Positions 9,478 to 16,958 of a DNA stretch of 33,505 nucleotides are shown here, piece after piece (within the stretch, counting starts at the first letter, position 1; each line of letters starts with the position of its first letter). Origin of the DNA: Deltaproteobacteria bacterium (lineage in GTDB: Bacteria > Desulfobacterota > Binatia > Binatales > Binataceae); assembly GCA_021792265.1 (NCBI GenBank), contig JAJYVB010000002.1, positions 1 to 33,505 of the forward strand, given 5' to 3'. The notes beneath the pieces were generated by a model. The model was not told the DNA's origin. It saw nothing but the letters and a program-made list of their open reading frames with translations, and ran no database searches. The translations under genes were made by a program, and so were the position numbers.

Positions 9478-9493
9478 TGGCACGGCGGCTGCT
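9478..9493 (+). promoter_or_regulatory. sigma-54 (-24/-12) promoter for the DUF1329-pchCXF-like operon
   Basis: TGGCACGGCGGCTGCT has GG at 9479-9480 and GC at 9491-9492 in the canonical register. It is divergent from the sigma-54 activator gene and about 110 nt upstream of AGGAG (9592-9596) and ATG 9603. Confidence 0.7.
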
Positions 9494-9602
9494 AAGTACG
9501 CTCCACTGGCGCGGTTCAAGCCTGGCACTCTCCGGATTCCTGATCTCCCGTGACCGTGCCCACGCACATTGGGGGTGCGAACAATCAGCAAAGGAGAAGT
9601 CA

Positions 9603-11087
9603 ATGGATCCCACGAGGGCGCTGGGGGCGTCGAAACGCAAGGGGACTGCGGAATCAAACTGTGCAATTGATGGCGAGATGAGCTTGCAAATCACAAGAAA
9701 AGCAAGCGAGCGAGGCTTCGATAGCGAGCCGATTGGGAGCACCGGCAACTCGCTGTGGTTCAGCAATACACAAAAGATAGCGAAACAATGGGTGAGATCG
9801 CCAGCAATCGCGGCATCGATATTACTCATTTGGCTAATGTCCCTCCTGCCGGTTGCGGCGGCTGCAGAGTCCCCGAATCCCGTACCGCCAGGAACCGTTA
9901 TAACCAGAACGAACTGGCAGCAGTACAAGCAGTATATGACCGACGGCATGCAGGCTCTGTTCGCCGGCACGTCCTTCTGGAAGTTCCCGCCCGATTTCCA
10001 GGTTGTGGTCGGCCCTACGCACCATTATCCACGCCCGCCACTGTTTCTTAAGGAAACAGCTCAATACGCCAGCCAGGTTAAAATCGTAGACCTCCCTGAC
10101 GGCCGACACACTATACGCGACTATGTAGCCGGACTGCCGTTTCCGGATCCGAAGGAGCCACTCAAAGGCTGGAAGCTGCTGGTCGATGACTGGTACACGT
10201 ACGCACCGCACATTTTGTGCAACGATGCCTGCGGCTTCACGTTTGTAGACCGATTCGGGAATATCAGCCGCGACCAATGGTGGTTCGTCCAGCGGATACA
10301 AAGCCACATCGCGGATCCAGGTTATTCGACCGTTGAAACGCCTGGTACTTTTATGACCGCCAACTTCTATATTGTGAGCCCCGAGGAGGCGAAGTATACG
10401 ACACTGCTGGACGTATACTACGAGCCGATGGAACGCACGGAAAACAGCTTCCTCTTTATCCCGGCCTTGCGCCGGAGTCTCAGGCTGTCGGTCGGTGCTC
10501 GTTGCAGCCCGGCGCTTGGCTCCGACTTCACCATCGACGATACCCGCTACGGTGCTTTCAACGGAAACCCATCGCGTTTTGATGCTACGTTCGTCGGTGA
10601 CAGGTCTGTACTGGAGATGCCCGATCCAGACAATCATCTTTCGGGCGACGACACGCACTTCTACCAACCGCTGTTCTTTCCGAAACCGGAAGTGGGCAAG
10701 TGGGAAGTGCGGGATTCCTGGGTTATTAACGCAAAAAGAGTACCGTCAGAGCGCGCTGGATATTGCTACGGCTCGCGGGTTTTGTATGTCGACAAGGAAG
10801 CCTACAGCGCGATCTGGGCGGAGCTTTACGACTCGCAGGGAAAACTCTGGAAAATCGACTACGACCCGCAGGGGCAGGTCAACGTCCCCGGCGTTGGAAG
10901 GGAATGGAGCAACACGGGATGGGGCGTGATGATGGACGTGCAGAACGCGCACCTGACGCGGGTCCATCTTTCCGGCGCAGGCAGAGGGCGCCAGGCCAAC
11001 TCCAACTGCCGCAACCTTGACGGCCACGATTTTACCAACCTCGATCGATGGTCGAGCGTTCGCGGTCTTGCCGAGATCGTGCGCTGA
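9603..11087 (+). CDS. DUF1329-family periplasmic protein (LolA-like fold family), paralogue 1
   Basis: It shares long blocks with the 32021-33370 product: GTVIT..NW..YK, PPDFQ.VVGPTH.YP.PPLF, VKIV.LPDGRHT, FLF.PALRRSLRLS..ARCSP and FPKP.V.KWEVR. ATG 9603 has a strong SD. By analogy to the paralogue the signal peptide (RSPAIAASILLIWLMSLLPVAAA|A) would begin at in-frame GTG 9792, so the start is uncertain. Confidence 0.7.
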   Translation: MDPTRALGASKRKGTAESNCAIDGEMSLQITRKASERGFDSEPIGSTGNSLWFSNTQKIAKQWVRSPAIAASILLIWLMSLLPVAAAAESPNPVPPGTVITRTNWQQYKQYMTDGMQALFAGTSFWKFPPDFQVVVGPTHHYPRPPLFLKETAQYASQVKIVDLPDGRHTIRDYVAGLPFPDPKEPLKGWKLLVDDWYTYAPHILCNDACGFTFVDRFGNISRDQWWFVQRIQSHIADPGYSTVETPGTFMTANFYIVSPEEAKYTTLLDVYYEPMERTENSFLFIPALRRSLRLSVGARCSPALGSDFTIDDTRYGAFNGNPSRFDATFVGDRSVLEMPDPDNHLSGDDTHFYQPLFFPKPEVGKWEVRDSWVINAKRVPSERAGYCYGSRVLYVDKEAYSAIWAELYDSQGKLWKIDYDPQGQVNVPGVGREWSNTGWGVMMDVQNAHLTRVHLSGAGRGRQANSNCRNLDGHDFTNLDRWSSVRGLAEIVR

Positions 11088-11122
11088 ACTTGACGGAGAG
11101 CGTTTTGAGTGCCTATCGGAAG

Positions 11123-11506
11123 ATGTTGGAGCGCAGCAAACAGACCCGCGGGCCGTGGCGGCGAGCGGTCAGCGCGTTGAAGCGGCTCGCGGTGGGAGCA
11201 GCCTCCGTAGTGGCAATTACCGGAGCGGCGGCGGGTGCGTCGCAGGCAAGGGCGCAGGCTGCGGGACAATGGCAGAGTCCGGCGCAAGTTTATCAAAAGG
11301 TATGCGCGTACTGCCACGAAACCGGAGTCGGCCCTCATATACGCGGACTTTTCCCGGCGAAGTTTTACGCGCAGGTCGTTCGCCATGGGATGGCTGCTAT
11401 GCCGGCGTTTCGCCCGACTGATATCGACGACGCCACGCTGCAAAAACTCGGTGAATGGCTGGCCACACCTCCGGCTCGCGCTGCAAATGACCGAGGAAAA
11501 CAGTGA
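11123..11506 (+). CDS. pchC: monohaem c-type cytochrome, p-cresol methylhydroxylase cytochrome subunit-like
   Basis: A single CAYCH haem motif lies at 11303-11317. The N-terminal export signal ends ...AAGASQARA. The small size and position directly upstream of a VAO/PCMH-type flavoprotein gene fit pchC. An alternative TTG start at 11105 has GGAG 6 nt upstream. Confidence 0.7.
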   Translation: MLERSKQTRGPWRRAVSALKRLAVGAASVVAITGAAAGASQARAQAAGQWQSPAQVYQKVCAYCHETGVGPHIRGLFPAKFYAQVVRHGMAAMPAFRPTDIDDATLQKLGEWLATPPARAANDRGKQ

Positions 11507-12093
11507 CTATGGAACGGCGCGCTGTGCTGAAGGGTATGGTCGCGAGCGGCATTGTCGCTGCCTGCTCGCGCCTGCCCCTTGGGCTTGCCACCTCTTACGC
11601 GGCGCTTGCCTGCGCTGGTCCATCGTTGCTGCTTGTCGATGACCATAGAGAATCTGCCGATTTTGCGGCAGGCGCTGCCTCCTGTCTGCCCGCGCGAAGC
11701 GAGACGGTATCTCTCGACCATAGTTGGCGTCCCTTGACGGCGCTGGTTGGCGCGTCAAGGGCGCGAAACATGCTCGGCCTGGTTTCCGACGACAAGGGCG
11801 TAGTGCTCTGCGAGCTGTTGCGCAGCCGTGGAGCGCGCTTCGTAGGTCTGGGTCAACACATCATTGGCCGTGAACGCGCCTCTCATGCGCTTATGGTCGA
11901 AGACCACGAATTGAACAACGCTCTTGCCTCAGCGCTCGCCGAGCGGAGATGGGCGGCGCGGATGGGCGAGCTGCTGGCTGGCGCTCTTCTTGCTGAGGCG
12001 CCGGTTGCTTCGGCAGCCACCGTGCAGCGGTTTCGAACGCAGGTTATCGCTCATCAGCCGCTGAGTTTAACCTCTTTCGCTGTGCAACTTTGA
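11503..12093 (+). CDS. hypothetical protein with twin-arginine leader, in the position of pchX
   Basis: GTG 11503 overlaps the upstream stop (GTGA), and ATG 11509 is an alternative start. The leader MERRAVLKGMVASGIVAACS fits the Tat consensus (RR-x-[FV]-L-K). It sits between cytochrome and flavoprotein genes, as I recall for pchX in the Pseudomonas putida pch cluster. No catalytic motif recognised. Confidence 0.6.
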   Translation: MTMERRAVLKGMVASGIVAACSRLPLGLATSYAALACAGPSLLLVDDHRESADFAAGAASCLPARSETVSLDHSWRPLTALVGASRARNMLGLVSDDKGVVLCELLRSRGARFVGLGQHIIGRERASHALMVEDHELNNALASALAERRWAARMGELLAGALLAEAPVASAATVQRFRTQVIAHQPLSLTSFAVQL

Positions 12094-12103
12094 GAAGGAT
12101 TCT

Positions 12104-13660
12104 GTGAATCGCATGTCTGGGAAATACATTGCCCTGCCCAAAGGCGTGACGGAGAAGGATCTGGACGCGGCGATCGGCGAGTTTCGCCGGGTATTGGGCC
12201 CTGAGCAGGTTTTCACGGACGCCGGCCATCTGGCGCCGTACATGAAGATCATGCTTGCGGTGCCGGAGGCTCAGCATGCCCCCTCGGCAGCCATTTGTCC
12301 CCGGTCGGTCGAACAAATCCAGCAGGTGGTGAAAATCTGCAATAAGCACAGGGTCCCAATATGGCCGATCTCGACGGGGCGCAATCTGGGGTATGGCTCG
12401 GCAGCGCCGGCTACCCCGGGCCAGATCGTAATGGACCTGCGGCTGATGAACCGGATCCTGCACGTGGATCCCGAGCTCTGTACTGCCCTGGTCGAGCCCG
12501 GCGTCACTTACCAGCAGCTTTACGACTACATCGAGCAGCGCAATTTGCCGGTGTGGCTTTCGTGTCCGGCTCCCTCCGCGATCGCCGGGCCACTTGGCAA
12601 TACGGTCGATCGCGGCGTCGGCTACACACCTTACGGCGAGCACTTCCTGTTTTCGTGCGGCATGGAGGTGGTACTACCGAACGCTGAGGTTCTGCGCACC
12701 GGGATGGGCGCCGTCTCGAACTCGAACACCTGGCAGGTATTCAAGTGGGGTTACGGCCCGTACCTCGACGGTATCTTCACGCAGTCAAACTTCGGCATCG
12801 TAACCAAGCTCGGGCTTTGGCTGATGCCTCGGCCGCCGGCCTACAAACCCTTTGTCATACGGTACGAGAAGGAGTCCGACATAGTCGGCATCGTAGACAC
12901 GCTCCGTCCGCTGCGCATCGCGGCGGTTATTCCCAACGCAGTGGTAATCGTCAACACCCTGTGGGACGCAGCTCCGGTAACCAAACGCGCCGATTTCTAC
13001 TCCGGCAAAGGACAGATTCCCGACAGCGCAGTGCGCGAGATAATGGCTGCAAAGAAACTGGGCGCCTGGAACGTTTACGCGGCGCTTTACGGAACGCCCG
13101 AGCAGGTCGAGGTCAATTGGAAGATAGTGACGCAAGCTGTCGCCGCCTCCCGCAACGGCGACATCCTTACGGCCGCAGAGGTGAACGACAGTCCGGTCTT
13201 CAAATACCGCGCCGAGCTGATGGCCGGGAAAATGACCCTGCAGGAGTTCAGCTTGTACAACTGGCGCGGCGGGGGCGGTTCAATGTGGTTCTCCCCGGTG
13301 AGCCAGGCGAAGGGCAGCGAAACGCTTCAGCAGATGGCGCTGGCCAAGAGCATTCTCGAAAAGCACGGCTTCGACTACGTCGCTGAATTTATAGTCGGCT
13401 GGCGCGACATGCATCACATCATCGATTTGCTCTTTGACCGCTCTGATCCAGCTCAAATGACGGCCGCGCATCGATGTTACAGTGAACTCATCGACGAGTT
13501 TGCCAAGCGCGGCTATGGGGTTTACCGGACCAACACCGCATTTATGGACAAAGTTGCGGGCATCTACGGACCAGTGATGCGAGACGTCAATCGCAAGCTC
13601 AAAAAAGCCCTCGACCCTAACGGCATCCTCGCACCCGGCAAATCCGGCATCGCCATTTGA
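12104..13660 (+). CDS. pchF: FAD-linked oxidase of the vanillyl-alcohol oxidase family, 4-cresol/4-alkylphenol dehydrogenase (hydroxylating) flavoprotein subunit-like
   Basis: The N-terminal FAD-binding PCMH-type domain contains VPIWPISTGRNLGYGSAAP and VEPGVTYQQLYDY. The block LYNWRGGGGSMWF places a Tyr at residue 385 (13256-13258), close to the covalent-FAD Tyr384 I recall for PchF. It has no signal peptide. GTG 12104 has GAAGGA 4 nt upstream, and ATG 12113 is an alternative start. Confidence 0.8.
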   Translation: MNRMSGKYIALPKGVTEKDLDAAIGEFRRVLGPEQVFTDAGHLAPYMKIMLAVPEAQHAPSAAICPRSVEQIQQVVKICNKHRVPIWPISTGRNLGYGSAAPATPGQIVMDLRLMNRILHVDPELCTALVEPGVTYQQLYDYIEQRNLPVWLSCPAPSAIAGPLGNTVDRGVGYTPYGEHFLFSCGMEVVLPNAEVLRTGMGAVSNSNTWQVFKWGYGPYLDGIFTQSNFGIVTKLGLWLMPRPPAYKPFVIRYEKESDIVGIVDTLRPLRIAAVIPNAVVIVNTLWDAAPVTKRADFYSGKGQIPDSAVREIMAAKKLGAWNVYAALYGTPEQVEVNWKIVTQAVAASRNGDILTAAEVNDSPVFKYRAELMAGKMTLQEFSLYNWRGGGGSMWFSPVSQAKGSETLQQMALAKSILEKHGFDYVAEFIVGWRDMHHIIDLLFDRSDPAQMTAAHRCYSELIDEFAKRGYGVYRTNTAFMDKVAGIYGPVMRDVNRKLKKALDPNGILAPGKSGIAI

Positions 13661-13803
13661 TAAACATGCTAACAAGGCAATTCCTTTTGTTCAGAACAGT
13701 AAAACAAGAACAATTTATATCTGTGCCGCCAAGCGGCTCAGGGCTTAACGGGCGCCCGCAGTTATCGCACCAGGAAACGATTTAACCTTCGGAAGAATTT
13801 GCC

Positions 13804-15645
13804 ATGGCTTCGAAAAAACTCTTCCCGAGTCCCCATGAGATCGACACCATTCCCGGAACCGAGGGATGGCAGCGGATGTATCCGTACCACTACACATTTT
13901 CGACTACCTATCCGGAGCGAACTGAATATGAGGAAGGGATGTTTTGGTTCTACGACGGATTGCACTACCCGGAGCCGGTCTACCCCTTCGATCTTATCTG
14001 GGATGAGGCCTGGTATTTGGCGCTCTCCCAGTATAACACCCGCATCTTCTCCGTTCCGCCGGCTTACGGCATAGACCATCGGATCGTTAACGGCTACGCC
14101 TACATCGCGCCGGTTGCGGTCAAGGACCCACGCGAGGTGGAGGCTCGTGCCGCCCAGTTTCGCGAGCGTGCCGGTTATTACTACGACAATTGGGAGCCGC
14201 TGGTAGCGAAATGGGAGCAGAAGCTGAAGGATACGATCGCCAGGCTTGAACAATTGGAAATACCTCGGCTGCCGGAAATGGAAGACCGGTCGGTGGTTAC
14301 CGAAGGGGTCGGCGAATCGAAAGGCTACCGCCTGCTCAAGGCTTATGACGATTTGATAAACCTCGGCATTTTGTGCTGGCAGTATCATTTCGAGTTTCTT
14401 AATCTGGCTTACGCCGCGTACGTGAGCTTTCTGGATCTCTGCCAGCGGGTCTTTCCGGACGTGCCGTCCCAGTCTGTTACCCAGATGATTTCAGGCATCG
14501 ATGTGATCATGTATCAGCCGGATGAGGAGCTTAAGAATCTCGCGCGGTCGGCGGTGGAGCTCGCACTCGAGAAGGTACTGAGTTCAAGCGGATCATTCGC
14601 GGAGGTCGAGGCGGCGCTGCTAAAAAGCGCTGCCGGGCGCAAATGGCTCGCCGAATTGGAGCGGGCCCGGTACCCGTGGTTTCACATATCTACCGGGACC
14701 GGCTGGTATCATCATGACCGCTCGTGGAACGACAATCTGGACGTTCCGCTCGCTTCAATCTGCATGTATGTGGGCAAGATCAAGTTGGGGCAGTCGATTG
14801 AGAGGCCGCTGGCGGAGGTACGCAAGCAGCGCGATCGTGTGACTGCCGAGTACCGGGCTTTGATCGGCAGCGCAGAGGATCGGGCAGCGTTCGATCAGTT
14901 GCTAGAGACAGCGCGGAAGGTGTTTTCGTACGTGGAAAATCACTTGTTCTACGTCGAGCACTGGTTTCACTCGCTGTTTTGGAACAAGGTGCGCGAGGTC
15001 GGGGCAATCCTGAAAGAGTACGGTTTCATCGGGGACATTGAGGAAGTTTGGTATTTGAGGCGCGCTGAGATCAAAGAGGCACTCTGGGACTTGGTTTGCG
15101 CGTGGGCGACCGGCATCAAGCCGTGCGGGCCGCTCGTCTGGCCGAAGGAGATTGCCTGGCGCAAGGAAGTGATGCGGAAGTTTCACGAATGGAGGCCGCC
15201 GCCCGCGCTGGGAAGGGTTCCTGAGGTTATCCAGGAGCCCTTTACGATGGTGCTGTGGGGCGTCACGAACGCATCGTTCAACTCGTGGGCAAAGCTGCGT
15301 GAAGCTCAGGCCGCCGGTGATGTCCGGGAAATCGTGGGGTTTGCTGCGAGCCCGGGAATGGCGGAGGGACCGGCGCGCGTGTGCCGCTCGGTCGAGGAAA
15401 TCCGCCATCTGCAGGACGGCGAGATCCTTGTGGCGCCTACAACATCGCCGTCATGGGCGCCCGCTTTCGTCAAGATTAAAGCATGCGTCACGGACGTCGG
15501 CGGAGTTATGTGCCATGCCGCGATCGTATGCCGCGAGTATGGAATGCCGGCCGTGGTAGGGACCGGCGGCGCAACGGCAATTGTCAAGACTGGCATGACG
15601 CTGCGGGTCAATGGCAGCACCGGCGAGGTTACGATTGCCCAATGA
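13804..15645 (+). CDS. ppsA: PEP-utilising-enzyme family protein, phenylphosphate synthase alpha subunit-like
   Basis: 613 aa. The C-terminal mobile domain carries a phospho-His motif, GGVMCHAAIVCREYGMP (His codon 15514-15516). The N-terminal 'PGTEGWQRMYPYHY' region is as I recall for PpsA-type proteins. It pairs with a PPDK_N-type gene downstream. Confidence 0.7.
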   Translation: MASKKLFPSPHEIDTIPGTEGWQRMYPYHYTFSTTYPERTEYEEGMFWFYDGLHYPEPVYPFDLIWDEAWYLALSQYNTRIFSVPPAYGIDHRIVNGYAYIAPVAVKDPREVEARAAQFRERAGYYYDNWEPLVAKWEQKLKDTIARLEQLEIPRLPEMEDRSVVTEGVGESKGYRLLKAYDDLINLGILCWQYHFEFLNLAYAAYVSFLDLCQRVFPDVPSQSVTQMISGIDVIMYQPDEELKNLARSAVELALEKVLSSSGSFAEVEAALLKSAAGRKWLAELERARYPWFHISTGTGWYHHDRSWNDNLDVPLASICMYVGKIKLGQSIERPLAEVRKQRDRVTAEYRALIGSAEDRAAFDQLLETARKVFSYVENHLFYVEHWFHSLFWNKVREVGAILKEYGFIGDIEEVWYLRRAEIKEALWDLVCAWATGIKPCGPLVWPKEIAWRKEVMRKFHEWRPPPALGRVPEVIQEPFTMVLWGVTNASFNSWAKLREAQAAGDVREIVGFAASPGMAEGPARVCRSVEEIRHLQDGEILVAPTTSPSWAPAFVKIKACVTDVGGVMCHAAIVCREYGMPAVVGTGGATAIVKTGMTLRVNGSTGEVTIAQ

Positions 15646-15743
15646 CGTGTAGCGGGAAAGAGTCCGGCGCGTGGGGAGAGGGGCCGCAGGTTCCGGTGCG
15701 TACGACCCGAGGCGCGCCGGCGAACGGACCCTGGGGTTTTACC

Positions 15744-16829
15744 ATGAAGCGCAGCGATGCCCTGGTTTGCTGGTTTCAGGAATGCGGCCGGAACTCGGTG
15801 CAGCAGGTCGGCGGCAAAAACGCTTCGCTCGGCGAACTAATCAATGCGGAAGTCCCGGTACCGCCGGGTTTTGCTGTCACGACGGCTGGCTGGCGAAGTT
15901 TCTTTGCCGCGGCCGGCATCGCAGAAACCGCCCCTGCCGTTCTGGCAAAGCTCGACGCCAACGACATGGACGCTCTCGAACAGGCTGGCCGAACGATCCG
16001 TGCGGGAATCGAGGCGACGGCGTTTCCTACAGAGCTCAGAGACGAGATCCACGCTTACTACCAACAGCTCTCGGATCGCTGCGGATCGCCCGCAGTACCG
16101 GTGGCCGTGCGTTCCAGCGCGACCGCAGAGGATCTGCCCGGGGCCAGCTTTGCCGGCCAGCAGGACACCTACCTATGGATCGAGGGCACGGACGCTCTGC
16201 TGACACACATCGCGCGCTGTTTTGCGAGTCTCTTTACGGCGCGAGCGATCGCCTATCGCATCCGAATGGGGTTCGATCATCTGCGTGTATCGCTTAGCGT
16301 CGGCGTTCAAAAGATGGCTAATGCGGCTGCCGCCGGCGTGATGTTCACTCTTAATCCGAGCAACGGCGATCGCTCCAGCATCGTTATCAACTCCAACTTC
16401 GGTTTTGGCGAGTCGGTGGTTTCGGGTGAGGTGACGCCAGACGAGTTTCTGGTCAACAAGATTTCTCTTGAACTGCTGCGCCGCACTGTCCCCAGAAAGG
16501 CAATTTACTACGCCTTCGACCCCGAGCGCCGCGCCTGCGTGCGCTCGGAACTGCCAGTTGAACGCGGCACTGCGGCATCGCTCCTGGACGCGGACATCCT
16601 CGAGCTCGCCCGGATGGGCAAGCGCATCGAAAGCCACTACGGCTGCCCGATGGATATTGAATGGGCGATAGACTGCGGTGCGGCTTCTGACAGGAAGATT
16701 TTCATTTTACAGGCGCGGCCGGAAACGGTGTGGAGCAACCGCGATACCAGCGGCGTCGCGGCCGGCAAGGGCAAGTCGGCTCTCGAGCACATTATGGCGA
16801 GCATGTTGGCTGGCAAACGATTGAGCTAG
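15744..16829 (+). CDS. ppsB: pyruvate-phosphate-dikinase N-terminal (ATP-grasp) domain protein, phenylphosphate synthase beta subunit-like
   Basis: VQQVGGKNASLGELI and the following PPDK_N-type blocks. ATG 15744 gives 361 aa (~40 kDa). The ORF-track extension to 15483 overlaps ppsA in another frame and looks like Arg-rich noise. Confidence 0.7.
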   Translation: MKRSDALVCWFQECGRNSVQQVGGKNASLGELINAEVPVPPGFAVTTAGWRSFFAAAGIAETAPAVLAKLDANDMDALEQAGRTIRAGIEATAFPTELRDEIHAYYQQLSDRCGSPAVPVAVRSSATAEDLPGASFAGQQDTYLWIEGTDALLTHIARCFASLFTARAIAYRIRMGFDHLRVSLSVGVQKMANAAAAGVMFTLNPSNGDRSSIVINSNFGFGESVVSGEVTPDEFLVNKISLELLRRTVPRKAIYYAFDPERRACVRSELPVERGTAASLLDADILELARMGKRIESHYGCPMDIEWAIDCGAASDRKIFILQARPETVWSNRDTSGVAAGKGKSALEHIMASMLAGKRLS

Positions 16830-16958
16830 AAGGCGGCCGGAAGCGCAAACTGCTGCGTAAGCTGAATATTACCGCGCGGCAGCGGCAGCAAGTTGCATGA
16901 TCCGGCAAGCAGGCAGGTCGCATAAGAAAATCACAAGTAAACACCAGGAGAACAAATT

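Noticed and set aside
13672-13690. AAGGCAATTCCTTTTGT upstream of the ppsA-like gene as a sigma-54 promoter
   Set aside because: It has GT instead of the invariant GC at -12, and the register is shifted by one. No convincing promoter for ppsA could be read, so it may be co-transcribed with the pchCXF-like genes.
15483-15743. 5' extension of the ppsB-like ORF
   Set aside because: It overlaps the ppsA-like 3' end and encodes an Arg-rich stretch with no similarity to PPDK_N proteins. The conserved domain starts just after Met at 15744.
16883-16897. Sigma-54-like CGGCAGCAAGTTGCA upstream of the UbiD-family gene
   Set aside because: GG-to-GC spacing is one nt shorter than canonical, and sigma-54 promoters tolerate spacing changes poorly.
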